A stretch of 59,777 bases of DNA from a virus (Duplodnaviria; Caudoviricetes): positions 1 to 59,777 of the IMG/VR virus record IMGVR_UViG_3300044825_002288, one strand, 5' to 3'. The notes beneath the pieces were generated by a model, which made no database searches, was not told the origin of the DNA, and was given only the letters and a program-made list of their open reading frames with translations. Below, in pieces: positions 36,236 through 45,011 of the stretch. Within the stretch, counting starts at the first letter, position 1, and every line of letters begins with the position of its first letter. The position numbers and the translations under genes were made by a program.

Positions 36236-38794
36236 ATGGCAGAAGAATTTCCGATTGACCCTGAATTTAATCGCTTCGTTCCGGGGATTCCTGACCCTGC
36301 CACGGGCATGACAGAGACTCCTGAGGGGGATGTGCAGGTAGAAATGCCGGAACTGGTGGAGGCTGAGATTGAAGAGCTTCCTGATGGCTCTGCTGTGGTC
36401 AAAATGCCAACCAAAGGGCCGATGGATAACGAGGATTTCTACGGAAACCTTGCCGATACTGACGACATCGACTCATTCGACCTGCAGAAACTGGCCCTGA
36501 AGTACCAAGACCTGATCAAAAAGGACAAGGAAAGCCGCAAAAAGCGCGATGAGCAGTACGAAGAGGGCATCCGCAGGACAGGTTTAGGCAATGACGCCCC
36601 TGGTGGAGCGCAGTTTACTGGCGCATCCAAGGTGGTTCACCCCGTTATGGCTGAGGCTTGCGTGGATTTTGCCGCCCGAGCCATCCGGGAGATGTTCCCG
36701 CCCGATGGTCCTACCCGGATCAAGATCCTCGGTGATGTGGATGACGAAAAAGTCACCATTGCGGAGCGCAAACGGGATTGGATGAACTGGCAGTTGACCG
36801 AGCAGATTGAGGAATTCAGGGATGAAGAGGAGCAAATGCTGACTCAGCTGCCCCTCGGAGGCTCTCAATACATCAAACTTTGGTACGACGACAGAAAAAA
36901 ACGCCCCTGTGCAGAGTTCCTGCCTATCGATAATGTACTTCTTCCCTTTGCCGCAGGCAATTTCTATACCGCCCAGCGGGTCACCGAGATCCAAGACATT
37001 ACGCAGTACGAATTCAAGCGCCGGATCAATGCAGGGCTCTACAAAGACATCAGCCTGATCCGGGCAACGGCCTATCCTGAGGAAACCGCCCCTGAAAAGG
37101 CCAACTACAAGGTTGAGGGTAAGGAGCCGGACGAGAATGAAGACGGTGTCCGGCGGGTTTATCACATCTACGCCTTCCTAGAGATTGAGGAAGACAAGTA
37201 CACCAAGGGTGAGATGGCTCCTTACATCCTGATGGTCGATGAATTGGAGAACGAAGTCGTCGGTCTTTACCGAAATTGGGAAGAAGGCGACGAATCCATG
37301 ACCAAGCTGGACTGGATTGTGGAGTTCAAATTCATCCCGTGGCGAGGCGCTTACGCAGTTGGCCTCCCACACCTCATTGGAGGCTTGGCAGCGGCTCTTA
37401 CGGGCTCCCTGCGGGCCCTACTAGATTCTGCCCACATCAACAACGCCGCTACTCTCTTGAAGCTGAAGGGCGCGAAGGTGTCTGGGCAGAGCCAACAGGT
37501 GGAAATCACCCAGGTCTCGGAGATTGAAGCAGCTCCGGGGGTGGATGATGTCCGGAAACTAGCCATGCCGATGCCGTTTAACCCGCCAAGCCCTGTCTTG
37601 ATGGAGCTTTTGGGGTGGCTAACCAATGCCGCCAAGGGCGTGGTGACAACGGCCGAGGAAAAGATTGCCGATGTGGGTCAAAACACCCCGGTTGGCACGA
37701 CTCAAGCCTTAATTGAGCAGGGAGCGGCAGTATTTTCCTCAATCCATGCCCGTCTGCATGAGAGCCAGCGGCGCGTCCTGATGATCTTGGGACGGATCAA
37801 CCGCTGGTACATGGACGACATGAAAAAAGGCGATGTTGTGGCCGCCTTGGAGATCAGCCGGGAGGATTTTGAGCGCAATACCGATGTCATTCCGGTCTCT
37901 GACCCTCATATCTTCTCGGAAACCCAGCGGATGGCTCAGACCCAAGCGGTTATGGCCATCATGCAGCAGAATCCAGACCTTTTTAACCGCCGGGCGGTTA
38001 TTTCTCGGTTTCTAAAGCAGATCAAGGTGCCTGGGGTCAACGAACTCATGACCGATGTGCCGCCGCCGGAGAAGATGGACCCGGCCAATGAGAATGTGGC
38101 TATGTCGATCGGGCAGATGGCTTATGCCTATCCCGAACAAGATCACCTAGCTCATATTCAGAGCCACCTAGACTTTGCCCGAGATCCGGTATTCGGGGCT
38201 AACCCACTGATTGCGCCTCAGTTCATCGCAAAGGCGATGGAGCATGTAAAGCAGCACATCGTCCTTTGGTACTTAAACCGAGCCAAGGGTTATGTAAACA
38301 AAGCCTTGGGTGGTCAGCCGCATGAAAACTACGCGATGGTCGCCAATCCCAAGGACATCGATAAGCTCTACGCTATGGCAGCGCAACATATCCAAATGGA
38401 TACGGAGCAGACCTTGCAGGGCATTCTGCCGGTCATCCAGCAGATGATCCAAGTCAACCAGCAGTTCAAGCCCCAACCGCAGATGACCGCGGAGACCAAG
38501 GTGCTCTTGGATACCTCAATGGCCGAGACTCAGCGCCGTGCCGCCCGTGATGAGGCCGAGATGCAGCTCAAGGACCGGGAGATGGCCGCCGACATTGAGC
38601 GCGAGATGGCCAGACTGCAGGCAGATTACGACCTCGCTATGGAAGAGCAGAAATATAAGTATGCGATCGCTATGGGCGATATGGATATGAAGGAACGCAT
38701 CGAGTCGGCACGGCTAACCCGTGATGCGGCCCGGTTGAAGTTAGACCGGGATAAGACCGCCATTGAACTAACCAAAGGAGCTTCAAATGTCTGA
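36236..38794 (+). CDS. Portal protein
   Basis: 852 aa; GASKVVHP..AEACVDF.A.A and PVGTT.ALIEQG..VFSSIH.RLH motifs; coiled-coil C-terminus; follows the terminase. Confidence 0.85.
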   Translation: MAEEFPIDPEFNRFVPGIPDPATGMTETPEGDVQVEMPELVEAEIEELPDGSAVVKMPTKGPMDNEDFYGNLADTDDIDSFDLQKLALKYQDLIKKDKESRKKRDEQYEEGIRRTGLGNDAPGGAQFTGASKVVHPVMAEACVDFAARAIREMFPPDGPTRIKILGDVDDEKVTIAERKRDWMNWQLTEQIEEFRDEEEQMLTQLPLGGSQYIKLWYDDRKKRPCAEFLPIDNVLLPFAAGNFYTAQRVTEIQDITQYEFKRRINAGLYKDISLIRATAYPEETAPEKANYKVEGKEPDENEDGVRRVYHIYAFLEIEEDKYTKGEMAPYILMVDELENEVVGLYRNWEEGDESMTKLDWIVEFKFIPWRGAYAVGLPHLIGGLAAALTGSLRALLDSAHINNAATLLKLKGAKVSGQSQQVEITQVSEIEAAPGVDDVRKLAMPMPFNPPSPVLMELLGWLTNAAKGVVTTAEEKIADVGQNTPVGTTQALIEQGAAVFSSIHARLHESQRRVLMILGRINRWYMDDMKKGDVVAALEISREDFERNTDVIPVSDPHIFSETQRMAQTQAVMAIMQQNPDLFNRRAVISRFLKQIKVPGVNELMTDVPPPEKMDPANENVAMSIGQMAYAYPEQDHLAHIQSHLDFARDPVFGANPLIAPQFIAKAMEHVKQHIVLWYLNRAKGYVNKALGGQPHENYAMVANPKDIDKLYAMAAQHIQMDTEQTLQGILPVIQQMIQVNQQFKPQPQMTAETKVLLDTSMAETQRRAARDEAEMQLKDREMAADIEREMARLQADYDLAMEEQKYKYAIAMGDMDMKERIESARLTRDAARLKLDRDKTAIELTKGASNV

Positions 38795-38954
38795 TTACGA
38801 CAAAGAGCAGCAGTCTGAGATGGTCAATTACCACGCCCGCCTGGCTATGGGTGTGCCTCTTGATGGCACAAGCCTAAAGCCCACGGGGCAGAAAACCAAT
38901 TCGGATACCAAATCGGAACCAAAAGGGGGGCTAGCACAAGCTGAGAAAAAATGA
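38787..38954 (+). CDS. Small hypothetical protein, 55 aa (MSDYDKEQQ...; absent from the ORF track)
   Basis: AAGGAG RBS; its stop overlaps the next ATG. Confidence 0.6.
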   Translation: MSDYDKEQQSEMVNYHARLAMGVPLDGTSLKPTGQKTNSDTKSEPKGGLAQAEKK

Positions 38955-39133
38955 ACACAACTGCAGACCTGATCAGCGCTATTAAGACTAGGCAGGCTGA
39001 AATAGCCGCGTCCCTTGCCGGCGGTACGGCAACGAGCTGGGAGTCTTATCAGCGTTTGGTCGGACAACACCAAGGACTTCAAGAGTCCCTGGACATCTTA
39101 AACAGCTTATTAAAGGAAGACGATGAAGATTAA
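38951..39133 (+). CDS. Conserved small head-module protein
   Basis: LAGG.A.SWESYQRLVG..QGL pattern; sits just upstream of the GroES-like gene. Confidence 0.7.
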   Translation: MNTTADLISAIKTRQAEIAASLAGGTATSWESYQRLVGQHQGLQESLDILNSLLKEDDED

Positions 39134-39551
39134 CGAACCGGTAGCGTTTAGCGACGCTGAGTTGGCTTGGGCATTTCCGAGCGTAGACCCCGGTGCAAAA
39201 CCTCTTGGCGCCCGCATTTTGGTTCAACTGCGTCGCGCAAAAAAGAAGGCTACAAGCGCTGGGATTATCTTGGTCCAAGAGACTAAAGAGACCGAGAAGT
39301 GGAACAACATGGTGGCCAAAGTCGTGGAAATTGGCCCGTTGGCGTTCAAAAAGCGAGACACGATGGAGCCGTGGCCTGAGGGGTCATGGTGCGAAGTGGG
39401 CGACTTTTTGCGCGTTCCCAAGTGGGGTGGAGATCGTTGGGAGATTGAAGTTCCCGGCGAGGAAGATCCGGCTTTGTTTATGGTCATTAACGACCATGAA
39501 GTCATTGCCAAGCTCACTTGCAATCCACTTGAAATGAAAGCCTTCGTATAG
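39123..39551 (+). CDS. groES: Co-chaperonin GroES-like protein
   Basis: KPLGARILVQ...TSAGIILV...AKVVEIGP...VGD. Confidence 0.8.
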   Translation: MKINEPVAFSDAELAWAFPSVDPGAKPLGARILVQLRRAKKKATSAGIILVQETKETEKWNNMVAKVVEIGPLAFKKRDTMEPWPEGSWCEVGDFLRVPKWGGDRWEIEVPGEEDPALFMVINDHEVIAKLTCNPLEMKAFV

Positions 39552-39560
39552 GGGTAAACC

Positions 39561-40526
39561 ATGAGTGAAGAAACCAAAAAGGAAATTGAGGACATCAAGG
39601 TGTCCGAAGAGAAAGACGGCACCGTCACGGTAGAGGTGCCTGATAGCCTGATTGCGGTTGAGGGCGAAGAGCAAAAAGAGCCGGTTAAGGCCGAGGCCGT
39701 AGAAGACGATGACGCAGACCAGCCGGATGACACAGACGCCGTCCGAGAGGCTCGCCGCGCCCGTCGCAAGGCCAAAAAGGAGTACATCAAGCAAGTCCAG
39801 GTAGAGAAGGATCAAAGGCTGATCGCCCAAGACCGTCTGATTCAGGACCTGCAAAACCGCCTGGCGATGGTTGAGAAAAACGCCAAAGAAGACCAAATGG
39901 CCAAGATCAGGAAGGCCATTGAGGACGAGGAAGCAAGACTTCGCTTTGCCAAAATCCGCCTAAAAGAGGCCACCGAGCGGGCTGATGGGGCGGCAGCGGT
40001 AAGCGCCCAAGAGATCCTTTTGTCGGCCAATGATCGACTGGCGAAACTTGAGGGGTTCAAGCGGCAGGCCGAGCAACAAGCTCAATCCTACGAGCCAACC
40101 TCCGACCCGGCCGTCCAAAGGTACTCCGACCGTTGGATGAAAAAGAACCCTTGGTATAAACCTGATGGCAGTGACGAACGAAGTCTTCTTGCCAAGCGGA
40201 TTGATGCCCAGCTCGCCAAGGAGGGTTGGAACCCTGCTAGCCAGCTTTATTGGAACGAGCTTGACGCAAGATTTGAGGCAGAGTTGCAGGAAGAAGAAAA
40301 CGATGCCTATACTGAGCCCACTTACGAGACTCCAAGAAAGAGAGGTCCTAAGAGCGTTGTGACAGGGAGCGAAAGAGAAGTCGGTGGCGGTTCAAGCCAA
40401 AACACCTTTTCTCTATCCGCAGAACAAGTACGAGCAATGAAAGACGCAGGTTTTTGGGACGATAAGTCCAAGCGTAACAAGATGATTGCTCGATATGCCC
40501 GCGAAGCACGCCAAAATAGGAGCTAA
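39561..40526 (+). CDS. Putative scaffolding protein
   Basis: Acidic N-terminus, long coiled coil, W.KKNPWY motif; upstream of the capsid genes. Confidence 0.65.
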   Translation: MSEETKKEIEDIKVSEEKDGTVTVEVPDSLIAVEGEEQKEPVKAEAVEDDDADQPDDTDAVREARRARRKAKKEYIKQVQVEKDQRLIAQDRLIQDLQNRLAMVEKNAKEDQMAKIRKAIEDEEARLRFAKIRLKEATERADGAAAVSAQEILLSANDRLAKLEGFKRQAEQQAQSYEPTSDPAVQRYSDRWMKKNPWYKPDGSDERSLLAKRIDAQLAKEGWNPASQLYWNELDARFEAELQEEENDAYTEPTYETPRKRGPKSVVTGSEREVGGGSSQNTFSLSAEQVRAMKDAGFWDDKSKRNKMIARYAREARQNRS

Positions 40527-40528
40527 AC

Positions 40529-41065
40529 ATGGATTCTCGACTCAAAAAATCTGTTTCTTCCGGATCACGCGAAACTCGCGCAAGCGAGGACGCAAGCCGT
40601 AGGCCACCGGAGGATATGTTCGTGTCATCTGAAGAGCGTCGAAAGATGTGGAAGGATGAATTCACACCCGAAGCATTGCCAAAGGCCCCCGATATCCCCG
40701 GGTGGCATGTCTGTTGGCTTTCAACCACTAATAGTTACGACAGTATCGATAAGCGATTGCGCCTTGGATATGTTCCGGTTAGCGCCGATGAAATCCAAGG
40801 GTTCGAGAATTATCGCGTAAAGTCTGGCGAACACATTGGTTATGTCGCATGTAACGAAATGTTGTTATTCAAGATTCCTGAAGAGGTTTATCAGGAAATC
40901 ATGACCCACTTCCACCACGATCAACCTTTAGAGGAAGCAAACAAGATCAAGGTGCAGGCGGAGCAGCAGGTCGGACGAGACAGTTCAGGTCGTAGACTTG
41001 GACAGGTTGAGGGCGAGGGACTAGGCGACATTGACAAACCCCTACCCGCGCCGGTTTTCCAGTGA
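40529..41065 (+). CDS. Conserved head-module protein
   Basis: LP.APDIPGWHVCWLS...R.RLGY.PV...L.KIP. Confidence 0.7.
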   Translation: MDSRLKKSVSSGSRETRASEDASRRPPEDMFVSSEERRKMWKDEFTPEALPKAPDIPGWHVCWLSTTNSYDSIDKRLRLGYVPVSADEIQGFENYRVKSGEHIGYVACNEMLLFKIPEEVYQEIMTHFHHDQPLEEANKIKVQAEQQVGRDSSGRRLGQVEGEGLGDIDKPLPAPVFQ

Positions 41066-41098
41066 GGGGAGGATTTATCAACCATTAAGGAGTAAGAA

Positions 41099-41698
41099 AT
41101 GAGTGCAACCTCTGCTCCGTTTGGACTGCGCCCCGCGTTCCACCCCTCTGGTCTGGATCGTGCGTTCGCTCTTGCAAACGGAATTCAAGCGGTTTCGACC
41201 TCTGGAAATGTCTCTGCTGGCTACGCCAACAACATTCTCAAAGGTCAACCGGTCAAGATGAACACCTCTGGATGGATCGAAGTCGCCGGCACCGGTGATG
41301 CGTTCCTTGGCGCCTTTGCCGGCGTTGAGTGGACCGATGCCACTGGTCGTCGTCGTGTAAGCAACTACTGGCCCGCCAACGAGTCATTCCAAGTCGGTTC
41401 CGTGATTGCTTATTTTTATCAAGATCCGCAGATTGTTTATGAGATCCAGGTAGATGGTTCCCTGTCTCAGACCGCAATCGGTGATGAGTTTGATCTCACG
41501 AATACGACTGCTGGCTCCACCACCACTGGTCTGTCGCAGGCTACCCTTGGTACCTCGGCCGCTGGTTCTGGTAACGCCAAACAGTGTCGTGTCATCGACA
41601 TAGCCCCCTACCCAGATAATGCGTGGGGAGATGCGTACACGATTGTACGAGTGCAAATCAGCGAGTCGCAGTACGCAGGTACTGTCAACGCAATCTAA
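41099..41698 (+). CDS. Capsid cement/decoration-like protein
   Basis: APFGLRP N-terminus, GAFAGVEWTD and DP..VYEIQ motifs; immediately before the MCP; strong RBS. Confidence 0.65.
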   Translation: MSATSAPFGLRPAFHPSGLDRAFALANGIQAVSTSGNVSAGYANNILKGQPVKMNTSGWIEVAGTGDAFLGAFAGVEWTDATGRRRVSNYWPANESFQVGSVIAYFYQDPQIVYEIQVDGSLSQTAIGDEFDLTNTTAGSTTTGLSQATLGTSAAGSGNAKQCRVIDIAPYPDNAWGDAYTIVRVQISESQYAGTVNAI

Positions 41699-41711
41699 GG
41701 AGGGCAGATAA

Positions 41712-42626
41712 ATGGCAGCCCCGATGCGCAGTACCGACTTTAGAAGCATAGTTGAGCCAATCCTCAATGAATGCTTCGACGGAGTCTATGATCAGCGTAC
41801 CGACGAGTGGTCGCGTGTTTTCACCGAGCAACAAGGTATCCCCCGTAACTACCACGAAGAGCCGGTCCTGTATGGATTTGGCGCAGCACCTCAACTGCCT
41901 GATGGAACTCCGGTTACCTATCAGCAGGGCGGTGTGCTCTTCCTCAAGCGCTATGTTTACAGTGTGTATGGCCTGGCCTTCGCACTGACCAAAGTGCTTG
42001 TTGAAGACGGCGACCACATCCGTATTGGTCAGGTGTATGCCCGCCATCTCGCTCAGTCCCTGATCGAGACCAAGGAGACCCTGTCCGCCAATGTGCTCAA
42101 CCGTGCGTTCAACTCCGCTTACCCCGGTGGCGACGGCGTTCAGCTGAACTCCGCTTCGCACCCGATCGTAAACGGTACATTCAGCAACCTGCTGACCACG
42201 CCCGCTAACCTGTCGCAGACCTCGCTTGAGCAGATGCTCATTCAGATCCGCCAGGCAGTGGACAACAACGGCAAGAAGATCCGTCTGGTTCCCCGCCAAC
42301 TGGTGGTGGCCCCGGGCAATGTCTTCCAAGCTGAAGTTCTGCTGAAGTCAGTTCTGCGTTCTGGTACGGCAGACAACGACATCAACCCGATCAAGTCAAT
42401 TGGCTTGCTCGACGAGGGTGCCGCAGTTCTGTCGCGTCTGACTTCCTCCACCGCATGGTGGGTGCAGACCGACGCTCCGGAAGGCATGAAGCTGATGATG
42501 CGTCGTGGCCTTGAGAAGACGATGGAAGGTGACTTTGAAACCGACACCATGCGTTACAAGGCAACCGAGCGTTACGATGTTGGCTTTACAGACCCCCGTG
42601 CTATGTACGGCACACCTGGAGTCTAA
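41712..42626 (+). CDS. Major capsid protein (Mu gpT-like, HK97 fold)
   Basis: 304 aa; GFG.A, YGLAFALT..L.ED, GGDG..L.SA.HP and Y.ATERY..G..DPR..YG motifs; strong codon bias. Confidence 0.85.
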   Translation: MAAPMRSTDFRSIVEPILNECFDGVYDQRTDEWSRVFTEQQGIPRNYHEEPVLYGFGAAPQLPDGTPVTYQQGGVLFLKRYVYSVYGLAFALTKVLVEDGDHIRIGQVYARHLAQSLIETKETLSANVLNRAFNSAYPGGDGVQLNSASHPIVNGTFSNLLTTPANLSQTSLEQMLIQIRQAVDNNGKKIRLVPRQLVVAPGNVFQAEVLLKSVLRSGTADNDINPIKSIGLLDEGAAVLSRLTSSTAWWVQTDAPEGMKLMMRRGLEKTMEGDFETDTMRYKATERYDVGFTDPRAMYGTPGV

Positions 42627-42635
42627 GCAGTAAAA

Positions 42636-42662
42636 CCCTCACCGGAGAAATCCGGTGGGGGG
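42636..42662 (+). other. Strong hairpin right after the MCP stop (no U-tract)
   Basis: CCCTCACCGGA-GAAA-TCCGGTGGGGG. Confidence 0.7.
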
Positions 42663-42665
42663 ATG

Positions 42666-42724
42666 TTCTAGGATTTTTAGCCTTACTGACTGGCCTAGCA
42701 GACTTAGTAGAGACAGTAAGGCAA
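42666..42724 (+). ncRNA. Pseudoknotted RNA element, likely the Mu-gpT-DE motif
   Basis: GCCTTACTG (42680-88) pairs with CAGTAAGGC (42714-22); loop CCTAG (42694-98) pairs with upstream CTAGG (42668-72); lies directly downstream of a gpT-like MCP. Confidence 0.6.
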
Positions 42725-42746
42725 TGTGCTACTACACGAGGACAAT

Positions 42747-43349
42747 ATGGCTCAAACGACCTTTTCCGGCCCAGTTAAATCCAATAACGGGTTTATCAGC
42801 GGCACTGCTGCCGATCCGATTTCGGTAACTTCGGCTCAAAACATCACCAGCTCTTACGGCACTACATCCGCAACGACTGGCGATACCCGACTCGTCTATA
42901 ACCGTCTGGATTTCACCAGCACGGGCTCTGGCGAGACTCTGCGTGCCTTTAGTCGCGTAAGCGGTGCTAATGCAGCAACCGGCGGCACGATCAATGGCGC
43001 CCACATCTCACTGTCGGTCAACACTGGCGGTTCGATCTCTGGCGCTGCTAATGCAATCCGCGCAACTTTGGGCGGCACTGCAACCACCCCGGGCGGTACG
43101 CTGGCTGTTCTTCAGCTGGACACCGACTACAGCACCAATGTGACGCTCGGTGCAGAATCTTCATTTATCCGTGTAACCGATAGCGGCACACAGACCGGTG
43201 AAGTGCAGTCGATGATCAACATTACCTCTGGTCCTGCAGCAACGGTTGCTCCGACGGCATCAGCAGTCGGTACGGTGTCAAAGGCAATTAAAGTTCGTAT
43301 CGCTGGAACTGATTACTATGTTCCTGCCTACGCAACCTTTACACCTTAA
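42747..43349 (+). CDS. Putative capsid-associated fibre/decoration protein
   Basis: MAQTTFSGPV N-terminus; beta-rich; GAGG RBS. Confidence 0.65.
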   Translation: MAQTTFSGPVKSNNGFISGTAADPISVTSAQNITSSYGTTSATTGDTRLVYNRLDFTSTGSGETLRAFSRVSGANAATGGTINGAHISLSVNTGGSISGAANAIRATLGGTATTPGGTLAVLQLDTDYSTNVTLGAESSFIRVTDSGTQTGEVQSMINITSGPAATVAPTASAVGTVSKAIKVRIAGTDYYVPAYATFTP

Positions 43350-43528
43350 TGCAGATAACTAAGGAATTTTTGCAGGCTGAGATCCAAAAAATGATCGATC
43401 AGCGAAATCGTGCACATGAAATAGCGGTGGCATCACAGGCCGCTATTGATGTCATGGATGCCTTGATCGCTCGTTTGGAAATGCCTGAATCAACCGAATC
43501 TAAGGAGCCAGAAAATGGGTCAGTTTAA
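43349..43528 (+). CDS. Small helical protein, 59 aa (MQITKEFLQ...; absent from the ORF track)
   Basis: TAATG coupling to the upstream gene; fills the gap. Confidence 0.6.
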   Translation: MQITKEFLQAEIQKMIDQRNRAHEIAVASQAAIDVMDALIARLEMPESTESKEPENGSV

Positions 43529-44423
43529 GCCGATGGTCAAAATGATGACCACAGAGCCGTCTATTGAGTTAAAGCTCAAAAAAGGCGGAAAAGTAGAAAA
43601 GAAAATGCAAATGGGCGGTGCCCTAGCACCTACCGCTACACCGATGCCAGCAGGTATGCCTGCCCGCGGCGGTATGGCCGGTGCAGCCTCCCCGATGCGT
43701 CCCCCCCTGTCCGCTCGCCGTCGCATGATGCGTGGAGCGCCTGCAGGCCCCGTAGGCCGTGCCGCTGCCATGATGAAAGAGGGCGGCGAGGCTGAGGAGT
43801 CAATGAAAGAGCATAAGGCTGAAGCCAAGGCTACGGCTGATGTTGCCAAGAAGCTCAAAGAGCATGCCGGCAAACCCGCATCTAAAGCCCATAAGGGCTT
43901 AAAGACCGGCGGTGTTGTCAAAGGCCAAGGTGGTTATGCCACCGGTGGTGTGGTCTACGGTCAAGGCGGCTACAAGCACGGCGGCAAGGTTAAGAAGTAC
44001 GCCAAGGGCGGAATCATTACCGAGCAAGAAGGTTCGCGTGATGCAGGACCCTACAAAAACACCAAGATGGTGACCACCAAGCCCGATCATTCGCCTGCCA
44101 AAACAGGTGGCGTGAAGCTGGGTAACGGCGGTGGCTACAAGAAAGGTGGTGCCGCAAAAAAGTATGCTAAGGGTGGGGCGGTAAATGACTCAGGCAAGGC
44201 TGAAAGCATGCCGCAGGGTCATAAAAAACCGTCTGCACCCGTAAGCATTACTGAGCTTTCCGGAACATTCAAAAAGGGTGGCATCGTCCCAACGCCCGCT
44301 CAAAAGCGAGCTCAGGACGCATTTAAGAAAGAAAATGCCCCTGCAATGAAGGCTGCTAAATCTAAAGATGTTGAGATTTACAGCAAGTACGGGAAGAAAA
44401 TGCGAAGCGGCGGTATGTGCTAA
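43515..44423 (+). CDS. Basic disordered protein with 11 [MLYF]xxGG repeats
   Basis: LKKGG, MQMGG, MKEGG, LKTGG, YATGG, YKHGG, YAKGG, YKKGG, YAKGG, FKKGG, MRSGG. Confidence 0.8.
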   Translation: MGQFKPMVKMMTTEPSIELKLKKGGKVEKKMQMGGALAPTATPMPAGMPARGGMAGAASPMRPPLSARRRMMRGAPAGPVGRAAAMMKEGGEAEESMKEHKAEAKATADVAKKLKEHAGKPASKAHKGLKTGGVVKGQGGYATGGVVYGQGGYKHGGKVKKYAKGGIITEQEGSRDAGPYKNTKMVTTKPDHSPAKTGGVKLGNGGGYKKGGAAKKYAKGGAVNDSGKAESMPQGHKKPSAPVSITELSGTFKKGGIVPTPAQKRAQDAFKKENAPAMKAAKSKDVEIYSKYGKKMRSGGMC

Positions 44424-44428
44424 ATAAG

Positions 44429-44454
44429 GCGGGGGCTTTAAGCCCCTGCTTTTT
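44429..44454 (+). terminator. Rho-independent terminator
   Basis: GCGGGGGCT..AGCCCCTGC stem followed by TTTTT. Confidence 0.75.
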
Positions 44455-44466
44455 AAGGAACATAAT

Positions 44467-44772
44467 ATGAAAGTTCAAATTGTTTCTAAAACTGGCTCGG
44501 GGTCAACGACTGCGCTTGTTATGAATACAAACACAAACCCATTTAATGTGGGTTTTGGTGTATTGGTTACTGGCACGGTCAACTATACGGTTGAGCATTC
44601 ATTTGATGACCCCGCAGTTGGATTTACGACATGGTTTCCGCATCCGACAATTGATGGAGAGGCAGCCAATACGGATGGCAACTATGCCTTTCCTGTAACC
44701 GGTATTCGTTTAACTGTGAATTCTGGCGGCGGCACTGCCACGCTTAAACTAATTCAAGCTGGAATTGCGTAA
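44467..44772 (+). CDS. Small beta-sandwich virion protein
   Basis: YTVEHSFDD and NYAFPVTGIRL motifs. Confidence 0.65.
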   Translation: MKVQIVSKTGSGSTTALVMNTNTNPFNVGFGVLVTGTVNYTVEHSFDDPAVGFTTWFPHPTIDGEAANTDGNYAFPVTGIRLTVNSGGGTATLKLIQAGIA

Positions 44773-45011
44773 TGGCTTACATAGGCTACACCGGGGTTGC
44801 CAATCAGGCGCAAACCACTCCGGGGTGTGCCTTAGGAGTCGTTGCCGATGCCAATAATGGGTATGGGGACGATGTTGGTGGAGATGGGGTGGTAGACACA
44901 TATTCATGTCTTGTGCCTCCAGTTCCGCCTGAAACTTGTTACATATTGATGGAAAACTCTGGCTATGTCTTACAAGAAGACGATAGCAAAATTTATCTTG
45001 AGGTGTGCTGA
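44772..45011 (+). CDS. Small virion protein with a C-terminal ILMENSGYVLQED..I.LE motif
   Basis: TAATG and TGATG coupling to neighbouring genes. Confidence 0.6.
   Translation: MAYIGYTGVANQAQTTPGCALGVVADANNGYGDDVGGDGVVDTYSCLVPPVPPETCYILMENSGYVLQEDDSKIYLEVC

Noticed and set aside
43515-44423. Ubiquitin-like conjugation via Gly-Gly
   Set aside because: No beta-grasp protein or E1/E2/JAB-like gene was recognised, and the GG motifs are not at the extreme C-terminus.
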